Source: a virus (Duplodnaviria; Caudoviricetes). Taken from it: a DNA stretch of 29,349 nt. Each line of letters starts with the position of its first letter. Positions within the stretch are counted from its first letter, which is position 1. Below the pieces are notes generated by a model. The model did no database searches, was not told the origin of the DNA, and saw only the letters and a program-made list of their open reading frames with translations. The position numbers and the translations under genes were made by a program. Of this stretch, positions 7,691-16,824 are shown piece after piece. Location: IMG/VR virus record IMGVR_UViG_3300024325_000045, positions 1 to 29,349 of that record; one strand, 5' to 3'.

Positions 7691-8283
7691 GCAATTCCGT
7701 CAATATTGGAGTAACGAACCTCGATAGCGTGCGCTTGAGTGAACAGTGAGCCGTCGTCCACCGCACGCAGGCGGATCGCTCCATCGGGGATTACGATCGG
7801 CGTGTAGATCTCGGCTGAATCGTAGAGCGTCGAGCCTGTCTGCGCATTTACCAGATTGTCCTCGATGGTAACCGAGGTATTGGCGGAGATGGATTTGATT
7901 CGACCCCACTCAGAATTGGCGATGGTTCCGTTGAGGATGAAGATCAGATCGCCGATAGTGAGATTCGTTGTGCTGGCCACAGTGATTACGTTCGTCCCGG
8001 CATTCACCGTCCCGGATACCGCTTCCGCTTCGCAGGCCGCAAAAGCTGTCGTGATGACCGCGATCGGAAACCATGAGTTGTCGCCTGATGCGGCGAAGGA
8101 TACTTCGATACGGATGTTGGCTCCCGCGCCTGCTGCCGTGGCGGCTTCTCGACCGAAGCGAATGTAGACGAGCCCGCCCATCTTTGTGGAAACGTCGACG
8201 GCGGTTCCAACTACCACGGAACTAGCCGACACGGTTTGCAGCGCGAGAAGAGTGAGGCTTCCAGTTTTTGAATATGTCGCCAT
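7687..8283 (-). CDS. Minor tail/virion structural protein
   Basis: 198 aa, Thr/Ser/Ala-rich beta-type sequence in the tail operon. ATGA overlap with the next gene. Confidence 0.7.
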   Translation of the reverse strand: MATYSKTGSLTLLALQTVSASSVVVGTAVDVSTKMGGLVYIRFGREAATAAGAGANIRIEVSFAASGDNSWFPIAVITTAFAACEAEAVSGTVNAGTNVITVASTTNLTIGDLIFILNGTIANSEWGRIKSISANTSVTIEDNLVNAQTGSTLYDSAEIYTPIVIPDGAIRLRAVDDGSLFTQAHAIEVRYSNIDGIA

Positions 8284-8293
8284 AAGTTTCCTT

Positions 8294-8740
8294 TTATCCA
8301 GTCAAGCTGTAAACATTCGCCACGGTCAATGTGAAAGTGACTCCGGGATTAACGGTCACATCGGCGGGGGCGGTATCGCCCAGAGCATAAGCGATTAGAT
8401 CGCCCGTAGTAGAATCGACCGCCACCACCGCGCGAAATGAGAAGCCTGCGCCCGATCCGGTCCACGCTACGTTTCCGGTGTCGAACGTAATCGTAGCTGT
8501 AGCCCCGCCGCCGGCAATGGTGGGAGAAGCCGCAGTAGCGCCCCCTGTCGTATAGCCGTTTCCGTTCGCAACTTCGTTAGTAAGAGCTCCATACGTGGCT
8601 CCGACTAGAGCGGCGTTAATGGCGTTTGACGTGGAGAGAACCAGCGCGTACTTAATGGTATCGGCCGCGTTGAGGTTCATCACCTTCTTATTGAGTTGTG
8701 CTTTGAAATCGTTGTAAATGACCCACGGACCTACTGCCAT
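8294..8740 (-). CDS. Minor tail protein
   Basis: DTIKYAL, NEVANGNGYTTGG, ITFD...VAWT pattern common in siphovirus tail genes. RBS AAGGAG. Confidence 0.75.
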   Translation of the reverse strand: MAVGPWVIYNDFKAQLNKKVMNLNAADTIKYALVLSTSNAINAALVGATYGALTNEVANGNGYTTGGATAASPTIAGGGATATITFDTGNVAWTGSGAGFSFRAVVAVDSTTGDLIAYALGDTAPADVTVNPGVTFTLTVANVYSLTG

Positions 8741-8752
8741 TTTGTTCTCCTT

Positions 8753-11700
8753 TTATCTCGTCTTGAATCCGCTTCCCCACAAACTGGTTGTCAATGAATT
8801 CGCCACTACCTGGGGATCGTTGGTATACACGTTCTGGGTGATCGGAGCGTACACATCGTACCCGCCCCCCCCTCGCAAAGCATTTCCGCCCATCACCGCT
8901 CCACCCATCGTGGGTGTCGAGGGAACATATCCACCAGTGAAGAAGTCTCCGAAGGTACCACTGCCAATTGTCTTGCTTTGGAGTAACGACAACTGGTCTT
9001 GCAGCAAATATCCATAAGGTACGCCTGCGTATGGTCCGCTGGGTGGAGCCCTGGAGTCTGGAGGCGTGGAGGCGTAGTTCCTTTCGCCGAGATACTTTGT
9101 CTTTTGGTTGTATTCTTCAAATGATAATTTCCCAGTGCGATACTGCTCAAGCGCCAACTGATTGCCAACGAGGCCACCCAGCGGCATCAGATCTCTCACG
9201 CCCTGCCCGTATTGCTCATAACTGATCTGGCCTTTGTAATACTGCTCAAGCAAGCCTGCGACTTGCACTTTGTAGTATTGGGCAATCGTCTCAAGAGAAT
9301 TTCCTGCGGCTTTCAAATTCTCGAAAAGTTGCTCTGACGATTTCCAAGCCGCCTGCTGCGCGAGCGCTGACGAGTCTTGTTGCTGCCTAACGGCAACCAG
9401 TGTTCCGAGTTGCTGTTGGAAGGCAGACATTGCCGTTTGAATCTGTGCATCTGAGAAGGCAGGTAGCGTCGCGCCCGGTCCAAGGCCGCCTTGAAGCGCT
9501 ACACCACTGCCCAAGCTATTCGTCTGCGAACCGAGTGCCGCCGCATTGATCGCCGCCTGTTGCCGAGCTGCATCCGGTCCAATCTGCCGAGCCAAATCGT
9601 ACAGCGCGGTCCCAGAGTTTGCCAGATAAAAGGATCGCTGCGCCGCATCTACCTGAGTCTGCAAAGAGCGCGTGCTGTTGAACAGGTCGAAGTGCGCCCT
9701 GGTAGCCGCTTCCATCGCCTGTACCATTGGATCGGAAGCCCGCCGCTGTTCGATCGCCCCTTCCGCCGCGGGCATCATGGCAGCCTGATACGCCGCAGTA
9801 GATTGATCTACACGTCGCTGGAATTCGGCTGCGTCAATATTGCCGAGCTTGAACTGCGTAAAAGGACTGTCAAGATCCAACTTTATAACGCCATTGACGA
9901 TGTTGAATCCCGATCCGGAGGTTTGCGTTGCTGAGGTCTTAAGACCCGCCCCGAGCAAGTACTCCTGGATTGTGGTTCCTTCCGCGACCCAGCCGCGCTT
10001 GATACCCTCAGTAATCGTTTCCCGAATGTTGGCGTTGACTTGTTCAACCGACAGGCCCAACTCAGATGCGAATCGGTCATAAATCGATTTCAGACTTCCC
10101 CCCGGAGTCATCCCGGCGTTTACCGGAGGAGAGAAAAATTCCCCCGCCTTCAATTGATACCCACTCGCATTTCGCGCAGTAGTTCGTGCAATAGTTTCAA
10201 CCGATGTGTTTAAATCCGCAAGTCCGCGGCCCAGCTTTGCAACGTTATTCACGAAGCGAGTTACGGCCGGATCAGACATCGGATCGACCACTTCCCCTTG
10301 ATATCCGGTCTGCCCGCCTGTTTCCAGATTCCGCTTCCCATTCTCGGTTCGTTGTCCCGCTACGGCTGCGGCAATGTCCATTCCCCCGGTTGCGCTGGCG
10401 ATGTTCACGTTGATGAGGCCATACTGGAGAACATCCACAATCTTTTGCAGCGCAGCCCACCCATCGGTGAGGTGATCAAGCTTGGGGAGCCACGTATTGA
10501 GCGCGAACTGAATGCCCCCAGTCAATTGCTCTTTCGCCTGCCGCGTCGAGATTTCAATTTTGGCGACATCGCTTTCAATGTGCGCCAACTGAATGCCGGT
10601 AGCAATCCCGGAGGCTACAGAGACACCCAGCCCTGCGATGCCGAGCACGCCACCAAGGGAACCAAGACCGCCTGCTCCACCGCCTGCCCCACCAGATCCT
10701 CCGGCTCCGCCTGTGGCTCCTTGGCTGAAATCTATGTCGCCACCCACCGGCATTTCACCTGGAAGGTTTACCGGAGACGCGCCAGTTTTCTTCGCCAGCC
10801 CAAGCAAGCCCAGAAGCCCACCCGCTCCACTTGTCGCATTCCCCGCTCCAGCAACGGCTCCGGACACCCCGAACACTTTCGCTAGACCAGCTGCCAATCC
10901 AGTTACGCGAATGATCTCTGCGCCGAGCAGTTTGAACGCTGATCCTATCAGCGTTTCCAAGAACATCTTCTCGATGCTTTTGACTACGCCTTTCCAGACA
11001 TCGCCCCAGTCTTTGGCGTCCACGATGTTATCGGCGATTGACTTTCCGACCATCTCGAACGATTTTTGGAAATCGTCCATCAGGTTTCCGTAAAGCTTGC
11101 CAAAGAACTGGAGTCTCTCAATGCGAGCATCTTCCGCAAGCTGAACCTGCTTCAGCAGGATCATGTACTCCGTTACAGATTCGTTACGAGCCGTCTTTTC
11201 ACGAATTATCCACTCTAATTCCCGCTCCTGCTGAGCGGCTATCTGTCCCTGAGACGCTCCCGCACGTGCCAGTAGGTCGATATACTTACTCTGTTCCTCG
11301 ATTGCCTTGGGGAGGTCCGATTGCGCAATTTTATTTATCTGGCCGCTAACCTTCGCCCATGCCAGTTGCACAGTTTCCAGATCAGCCGCGCCACGTTCAG
11401 CGAGAAAATCGAAGTTTTGAAATAGCTTGTCAAACGCTGCGAGTTGAACCGTGCCAGATTTCTCCGCATCTAAACCCAGCGTTTTATACACTCCGCGTAA
11501 GTCTTCAACGAGCTTTATTTGACCGAGAATGTCCTGCTGATCCGGCCCAAACCGTTGCTCTAAGGGAGTGGTGATCGGGGTCTGAACCGACGCTACTTTC
11601 CTAACCTGCTGCTCGTATTTGAGCCATGCTTCGGTGAGAGTTTTGGCGGTAGCTTCCGATTGCGCGCCAAATTCCTTTTCCCCTTTCAGGGCCTGCGCCA

Positions 11701-13654
11701 AAAGTTCTTCAGTGCTGATCTTTTTCAAGGCGTCAGGGACACTCTCTGCGCCGGCCTTCATCCGCTCGAAGAATTGACGGATTGCTACATCCGCCGCTCC
11801 GAGTTGAATCGCTTCCTGCTGGAATTTCTCGGTTAACGCCGTGACTTTCTGAGCGATTTTATAAAAGGCGTCGGAGTCCGCAAACTCTTTTGCGGTATCG
11901 CGCATTCGTACCAGTTCGGCCCGCCATTCCTGCATAGCGGCCAAAGGAGCGCCACGCATCCCCACCATTAATGAGTCGGCTTTGAGGATATCCGCCTCGA
12001 CCGATCCGAGCATCGACTTTGCCGTGCGGCCGCCTTCTTCAAGCCGCGAGACATACTGCTCATAGGTTTCAGGAAATGTATTGTAGAGGTCCACTACGGA
12101 GTTGTGGAAGCTTACCTCCGCCTTCACCATCTCCGCGTAGGACTTTTTCGCCGCTTCGGTTGCGGCATTTTCAGCGACGATCTCGGCTGTTCTTTTCTTG
12201 CTCGTTCCGCTCATCGCCTCATGAGCGGCCTTCAGATCTTTCAGTTGATTGATGTAACTGGCTTGGCTGATAAGGCCCTGGTTGTACTGCTTTGTCGTGT
12301 CGGCGATATCGATGCCGAGTTGCCGCATCTCGACTTCCAGCAGAGCTACCGCATTATTCTCCGTGTTCCGGTTCTTTAGAACGTTGTCTTGAGCTTTCCA
12401 GAACGAAACGAGCGCCGCTGTGCCAGCAAGGACTGCCGTAGCAAGAGCAACCCACGGAACGGCATTCACGGCCCATGCGGCTGCGGCCACAGCCAGCAGC
12501 CCACCAGCCGCCGCTTTCGCCGGTTCCGGCAATCCCCCGAAGCCAATCGCCAAATTGCGAATCGCTGGGAGAATGTCTTCGCTCAGCATCTTCGCGAGAT
12601 TCGCCACCGTGGGAGCAATCTGTTTCCCGATGTCTTCAAAAGTGTCGTTGATTTGCGTCTTTAGGTTGACGAGTGATCCGGCGATACCCTTGGAGCTTGC
12701 TGCGGCTACACCCTCAAATTTATGAAGCGCTTCCGCCAAAGCATCGAGTCGCTGCGATTGGGTCAGACCCTCAAACGCTTTGCCTATTTCCTTATCAGCC
12801 ACCCCTAGCACTTCGGCCAAATCATGAGCGCTCAGACCTACCGCAACCAAGCTGCGGCTCATTACCTTGCCGCTCTCGGCCATGCGTTCGATCGAAGCTG
12901 CGACTACATCGAAGTTCTTATTGACCGCCGCCGCTGCATCGGCTTCAGCCTGCAAAATTCCAGGAATTTGCGCCGCGTCCACTCCGAAGGCGATCATGCG
13001 TTGATCGGCCTGCTCAATTGAGTGACCTGCGACTCCGACGGTCAGAGCGAAGGCTTTGAGCGCGTCAATGTCCCGCTCTACTTGCTCCGCTGTTTTCCCG
13101 GTGAGGGCTTGCAAAGAAAGCGAGAGCTTTTGGACTTCTCCATAAGCCTCGATGGCTTCTTCGCCAAAATGTTTTAGTGTCGCCGTGACAGCCAGTGCGG
13201 CTCCAATCTTTAGAAATCCCTCCGCCATTGAAGAGAGACCGCCGGCAACTTCTTGCACTGGAGGCTTTACTTCTTCAACTGATGCGGCGGCCCGCTTCAT
13301 CGCCGCTGCCACATTATCCTGAGCACGGGCTAAGGTGTCTGCGTTGGTGGCACCCAATTCGTAGGCTAATTGGATATCAACCAGAGCGCCTTTAGCACGA
13401 ACTAGTTCCAGATCAAGGGCTTTCTGTTTATCAACGATAGCTTGCGCCGCTTCGCTGAATTGGTATGCTGCCTTGCTGGCGGCGTCAAAGCCCTGCTGCT
13501 GATAGCCGGTCGTTGCGGTGGCCTTCCCGATCGCCTCCGATAGCGTCAAGCCGGCCTTGATGGCCATGTCCACAGCGCGTTGGAAATCTTTTTCCAACTG
13601 GCTGGTATCGCCGCTAATAATAATTGGAATTTCGCCTATCGGATCACCCGGCAT
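8753..13654 (-). CDS. Tape measure protein
   Basis: 1633 aa, Ala-rich helical, with hydrophobic and Gly-rich segments. Directly follows the chaperone pair. Confidence 0.93.
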   Translation of the reverse strand: MPGDPIGEIPIIISGDTSQLEKDFQRAVDMAIKAGLTLSEAIGKATATTGYQQQGFDAASKAAYQFSEAAQAIVDKQKALDLELVRAKGALVDIQLAYELGATNADTLARAQDNVAAAMKRAAASVEEVKPPVQEVAGGLSSMAEGFLKIGAALAVTATLKHFGEEAIEAYGEVQKLSLSLQALTGKTAEQVERDIDALKAFALTVGVAGHSIEQADQRMIAFGVDAAQIPGILQAEADAAAAVNKNFDVVAASIERMAESGKVMSRSLVAVGLSAHDLAEVLGVADKEIGKAFEGLTQSQRLDALAEALHKFEGVAAASSKGIAGSLVNLKTQINDTFEDIGKQIAPTVANLAKMLSEDILPAIRNLAIGFGGLPEPAKAAAGGLLAVAAAAWAVNAVPWVALATAVLAGTAALVSFWKAQDNVLKNRNTENNAVALLEVEMRQLGIDIADTTKQYNQGLISQASYINQLKDLKAAHEAMSGTSKKRTAEIVAENAATEAAKKSYAEMVKAEVSFHNSVVDLYNTFPETYEQYVSRLEEGGRTAKSMLGSVEADILKADSLMVGMRGAPLAAMQEWRAELVRMRDTAKEFADSDAFYKIAQKVTALTEKFQQEAIQLGAADVAIRQFFERMKAGAESVPDALKKISTEELLAQALKGEKEFGAQSEATAKTLTEAWLKYEQQVRKVASVQTPITTPLEQRFGPDQQDILGQIKLVEDLRGVYKTLGLDAEKSGTVQLAAFDKLFQNFDFLAERGAADLETVQLAWAKVSGQINKIAQSDLPKAIEEQSKYIDLLARAGASQGQIAAQQERELEWIIREKTARNESVTEYMILLKQVQLAEDARIERLQFFGKLYGNLMDDFQKSFEMVGKSIADNIVDAKDWGDVWKGVVKSIEKMFLETLIGSAFKLLGAEIIRVTGLAAGLAKVFGVSGAVAGAGNATSGAGGLLGLLGLAKKTGASPVNLPGEMPVGGDIDFSQGATGGAGGSGGAGGGAGGLGSLGGVLGIAGLGVSVASGIATGIQLAHIESDVAKIEISTRQAKEQLTGGIQFALNTWLPKLDHLTDGWAALQKIVDVLQYGLINVNIASATGGMDIAAAVAGQRTENGKRNLETGGQTGYQGEVVDPMSDPAVTRFVNNVAKLGRGLADLNTSVETIARTTARNASGYQLKAGEFFSPPVNAGMTPGGSLKSIYDRFASELGLSVEQVNANIRETITEGIKRGWVAEGTTIQEYLLGAGLKTSATQTSGSGFNIVNGVIKLDLDSPFTQFKLGNIDAAEFQRRVDQSTAAYQAAMMPAAEGAIEQRRASDPMVQAMEAATRAHFDLFNSTRSLQTQVDAAQRSFYLANSGTALYDLARQIGPDAARQQAAINAAALGSQTNSLGSGVALQGGLGPGATLPAFSDAQIQTAMSAFQQQLGTLVAVRQQQDSSALAQQAAWKSSEQLFENLKAAGNSLETIAQYYKVQVAGLLEQYYKGQISYEQYGQGVRDLMPLGGLVGNQLALEQYRTGKLSFEEYNQKTKYLGERNYASTPPDSRAPPSGPYAGVPYGYLLQDQLSLLQSKTIGSGTFGDFFTGGYVPSTPTMGGAVMGGNALRGGGGYDVYAPITQNVYTNDPQVVANSLTTSLWGSGFKTR

Positions 13655-14392
13655 CGTGATATTCTCCTAGAGCCCAATCGGGCAGAATCGCTTCGTCCAC
13701 AGGCTCGCCCGGTTTCATCAGTGACAATTGCGCGTTCACCAATTGCGCCTGAACCGCTCCCAGCTTTTTCTCCATCGATCGCGCCTCGCGATTCCCGCGA
13801 CCTAGGAAATCATCCGCTGTGAATGGTTCTCCGATCGCTCGCCCCGATGAATCCCGCTCGAGGAAGTTTACATTCGCGAACATGGCCTGAGTGACGGCCC
13901 AGCGCGTGACCATCGCCTCGTGAACTTGCTCGAGCGCAGCAAATTCACGAGGCGTCAGCGATAGATGTTGGTCATCGGACAGCCCGAGTCCGTGCGGAGA
14001 AGTGGCGAAGGCCCAGGACTTGAGCCAGCCCTCGTCAGAATCTACTGCAATTGCGGAGCGGCCGGTTGATCCGCCGGCGCGGCCGCGGGACTCGGCGGCG
14101 GGAAAACTTTTTTTAGCGCTTCGTTCACCACTTCACCCACCAAACTCATCTTGTCTTCCGAGAAGATCAGGTCCGCAAGTTGGTCCGGTGCCCCGTCATA
14201 CTGATCCCAGAGCGCCGCGTGAAGTAGATCGATGTACGTCGCTAAACTTTTGAATCCGCCCAGATCACTGAGACTGGCCCCGGCTTTGTTCAGCCGGTAG
14301 AGAATGCCGCCGCGTGTGAACTTGACGACATAGGTCACACCACCAAGTTCCAGCGTGGGGAACTGCAAACCGCTTCCATTAGTCTGGCTCAT
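13644..14392 (-). CDS. Tail assembly chaperone, long (GT-type) form via -1 frameshift
   Basis: Slipping at CTA AAA AAA opens SFPAAESRG...WLKSWAFATSPHGLGLSDDQHLSLTPREFAAL, continuous with the 13644..13913 ORF. Confidence 0.85.
14042..14392 (-). CDS. Tail assembly chaperone, short (G-type) form
   Basis: ATG 14392 (MSQTNGSG) right after the tail-tube stop. 116 aa. Confidence 0.85.
   Translation of the reverse strand: MSQTNGSGLQFPTLELGGVTYVVKFTRGGILYRLNKAGASLSDLGGFKSLATYIDLLHAALWDQYDGAPDQLADLIFSEDKMSLVGEVVNEALKKVFPPPSPAAAPADQPAAPQLQ
14107..14114 (-). other. -1 ribosomal frameshift slippery site A_AAA_AAA
   Basis: Minus GCG CTA AAA AAA GTT, followed by GC-rich CCGCCG...CGGCGG able to form a stem. 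Confidence 0.8.
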
Positions 14393-14396
14393 ATTC

Positions 14397-14858
14397 TTAA
14401 ACCAGTGAAGGTGCGTTGTCGTTTGACCATTCCATGGACGCTTCAAACACTCCGCCGACTTTTCCCGTAATGGCGAAGCTTGTGGTGTAGGCTGCGAAGG
14501 CGTCCGTGCTGGAGTTGCCATCGGGATAGACAAGCTGGAAGTCTCGCTTCAGCCGATTGATCAGCAGATACCGTAGCCCGGCGCCCACGAGGCCGCCATT
14601 GACGGCGTTGCGGTGCGTAACCTCTTCCATGACCCAGAAGATCTTCGCGGAGATCTTGCCCATATCAAGCAGCGTGGGGAAGCGCCGACGCCACGTGTCC
14701 GAGACGTTAGTGACATCCACAACTTCGGACATTACTGGAAGCGCCACGTCGGTCACGTTGGCGATAGTTTGCATGGTTTCAGGTGAGCTGTTGTTTCCCA
14801 CCTGCAAAAGCAATCCCGAGACGGCGATTGCGGAAGCGATCGGTGAAGTAGCGGCCAT
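14397..14858 (-). CDS. Major tail (tube) protein
   Basis: IANVTDV, VVDVTN, TLLDMGKIS, FQLVYPDG, FAAYTTSF pattern of siphovirus tail tubes. RBS GAGGAG. Confidence 0.88.
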   Translation of the reverse strand: MAATSPIASAIAVSGLLLQVGNNSSPETMQTIANVTDVALPVMSEVVDVTNVSDTWRRRFPTLLDMGKISAKIFWVMEEVTHRNAVNGGLVGAGLRYLLINRLKRDFQLVYPDGNSSTDAFAAYTTSFAITGKVGGVFEASMEWSNDNAPSLV

Positions 14859-14891
14859 TTTCGTTTTCTCCTCTAAACTAGCGGTTTCCCT

Positions 14892-15329
14892 TTACAAGCT
14901 GGCATTGCTGAACGTCATCACATCAATGAGTCGCAGCATATTCCCCGGTTTAGGCAACGCAACAAATCCGTCACGAGCCCCAACGATGTGATTGGAGTAC
15001 TGGGTCAGCCCCGGCACTCCCACTAAATCGAGTCCATCCCAAAATTCCTGTAATGCGGCTTCGAGGTTCGCTAAGGCGGTCTGCCCCGCTGCCGTGTTCA
15101 CTCCCCAGAGCGTGTACTGCACTCGCGTGGGACCGCCCACTCCGTTCAGGCGCCGGTTCATCGTGTAGACTTCGGCATCGCTGATGATCTGAACCACCAC
15201 GGCCGGAAACGCGGATCCCTGCACAAGCTGAGTATCGAACCAGCGAAACGGATTCGTTCCGAGGATCGCCGTGAGTGCGGGTGTGGCAATCGCCGCGGCG
15301 CGGATCTTGTCTTTGAGGGGAGTTGCCAT
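14892..15329 (-). CDS. Tail terminator/completion protein (DUF3168-like)
   Basis: LTAILG, FPAVVVQIISD, RVQYTLW. Position just before the tail tube. Confidence 0.75.
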   Translation of the reverse strand: MATPLKDKIRAAAIATPALTAILGTNPFRWFDTQLVQGSAFPAVVVQIISDAEVYTMNRRLNGVGGPTRVQYTLWGVNTAAGQTALANLEAALQEFWDGLDLVGVPGLTQYSNHIVGARDGFVALPKPGNMLRLIDVMTFSNASL

Positions 15330-15514
15330 CAGTTGGGCCTCGCCTTCTCAACCAGCACACCGGGCCCATAGAATCCGCTCTCATCCTCTTCGTATCGCTT
15401 CCCGCAATACACCACGGATCGCGGCCCTTGGCCTTTATGCCGAAGCGGAAGCGTCACGGTGTCCACTACCTGATCATTTGCATCGACCAATCGGCACTCC
15501 TCATTTGAGCGCAT
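15329..15514 (-). CDS. Hypothetical protein (61 aa)
   Basis: AGGAG RBS. TGATG overlap with the downstream gene. Confidence 0.6.
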   Translation of the reverse strand: MRSNEECRLVDANDQVVDTVTLPLRHKGQGPRSVVYCGKRYEEDESGFYGPGVLVEKARPN

Positions 15515-15519
15515 TACGC

Positions 15520-15555
15520 TTGCTCCTGTTGCGCAACGGTGGTATAATTGCGATT
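15520..15555 (+). promoter_or_regulatory. Sigma70-type leaderless promoter for the HNH gene, with palindrome in the spacer
   Basis: TTGCTC (15520)-17 nt-TATAAT (15543) with TG extension, 7 nt before the ATG. GTTGCGCAAC at 15528-15537. Confidence 0.75.
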
Positions 15556-16008
15556 ATGTTTACAAAGAAGTTCGCCACGTTGCTTGATCGAATGCTGAGC
15601 AAGGTTTTGCCTGAGCCTAATTCCGGGTGCTGGCTCTGGATGGAAGGAATTGGCAATGGAGGTTATGGAGCCACCAGTGTCGATGGAGAACGCAAGGGCG
15701 CCCATCGCGTAATCTACGAACTTTTGGTTGGCCCGATCCCCGAAGGAATGGACCTCGATCACACTTGCCGAGTCCGCCTCTGTGTCAATCCAAAGCACCT
15801 GGAGCCTGTAACCCGTCGCGAGAACTTGAGGCGAGGCATCAATGGGCAGAAAACATCTTGCCTCAATGGACATGAGTTCAATGCAGAAAATACCTACTAC
15901 CGCAAGCCAAGCGGAAAGAAACAGTGCCGCATCTGCGCGAGGGTTCTGGACCGTGCGAGACATAAACGTATTCGCCTTACCGCAATGCAAGCGACAACTC
16001 TCCCCTGA
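15556..16008 (+). CDS. HNH homing endonuclease (HNH_3-like), antisense to the late operon
   Basis: Start reassigned to ATG 15556. SGCWLW, AHRVIYE, LDHTCRVRLCVNPKHLEPVTRREN, CLNGH, CRIC. Confidence 0.92.
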   Translation: MFTKKFATLLDRMLSKVLPEPNSGCWLWMEGIGNGGYGATSVDGERKGAHRVIYELLVGPIPEGMDLDHTCRVRLCVNPKHLEPVTRRENLRRGINGQKTSCLNGHEFNAENTYYRKPSGKKQCRICARVLDRARHKRIRLTAMQATTLP

Positions 16009-16393
16009 AAAGATCCTTGACTGTTGTCCGGTTTTCATCTATTGCTGGACGCATATAAGGCCTCGCGATCATCCCCGGCCAAGTTGAACTGTATGGACCG
16101 GGACCGGCTCCAGCGCTTCCAGCGCCAGCTATTCCTGTTCCAAATTCCAGATAAGCCGCGTAAGGCACATGCGGCCCAACCTGGCCGACGATAGTTTTGC
16201 CTGAGTCGTCAATGCTGCTGGTGATCGAATCTCGCAATGCTCCGGTATCGACCGGCGCTTTCGCTTTTGCGCTCGACTCGATCAGCTTCAGCGACTTCTC
16301 GACTGCGCTGCGAACCGCGGGCGTGATGTGAACCTCGACGTACCGGCCGAGATCGCCGCGTGGTTTGAATTGAGCCGTCGCCTGTAGCCTCAT
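15977..16393 (-). CDS. HK97 gp10-family neck/tail-completion protein
   Basis: AKAKAPVDTGALRDSI, YAAYLEFGT, ARPYMRPA. Start ATG 16393 overlaps the upstream stop. Confidence 0.9.
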   Translation of the reverse strand: MRLQATAQFKPRGDLGRYVEVHITPAVRSAVEKSLKLIESSAKAKAPVDTGALRDSITSSIDDSGKTIVGQVGPHVPYAAYLEFGTGIAGAGSAGAGPGPYSSTWPGMIARPYMRPAIDENRTTVKDLFRGELSLALR

Positions 16394-16824
16394 ACTCGAG
16401 CCCTGCACAGCGTCACACGAGTTTGCGTCTGCTGGCTATCCGCATCGGCTCCGGTAATGTCGTACACCGTCACGTTCCCGGTTCGATCCGTCATTTCCGC
16501 GATCCAGCCCACATCGCCCCAGTTGGTCTGCGGCGTCAGTTCCGGGTAGTACCGATCGAGCAAAACATGCCGCTCGCCTTCTGAGAGAATTTCGGCCGGC
16601 GTCTTTCGTTCTGTTCCACTCACCCGGTAGGCTTGCTCATAGTAGGGAGCATCCATGCACACGATGCCCGAGAGGCCCGCTACGGCTACGTAGGTTCCAC
16701 TGGGAGCACCGCCAGCTCCTAATGTCCCATCCGGCGCCTTGACGGTCATCAGCGAGCGGAAAAGGCCCGTCGCCACAGCCATTGTCATCACTGCATCGAC
16801 ATCGGCGAGGATGTTCTGGTTCAT
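16390..16824 (-). CDS. Putative head-closure / head-tail joining protein
   Basis: Start reassigned to ATG 16824 (MNQNIL). 144 aa, beta-rich, between adaptor and gp10. Confidence 0.65.
   Translation of the reverse strand: MNQNILADVDAVMTMAVATGLFRSLMTVKAPDGTLGAGGAPSGTYVAVAGLSGIVCMDAPYYEQAYRVSGTERKTPAEILSEGERHVLLDRYYPELTPQTNWGDVGWIAEMTDRTGNVTVYDITGADADSQQTQTRVTLCRARV

Noticed and set aside
11320-11329. ATTGCGCAAT inside the tape measure as an operator
   Set aside because: Coding context (IAQ) with no adjacent promoter; compatible with chance.
4429-13822. Numerous plus-strand ORFs opposite tail and tape-measure genes (e.g. 5446..6207, 10298..10885)
   Set aside because: No motifs, RBS or promoter; typical antisense shadows in GC-rich coding DNA, unlike 20131..20475.
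15271-15555. N-terminal extension of the second HNH given in the track (245 aa)
   Set aside because: It overlaps two minus-strand genes, and a full promoter sits directly before ATG 15556.
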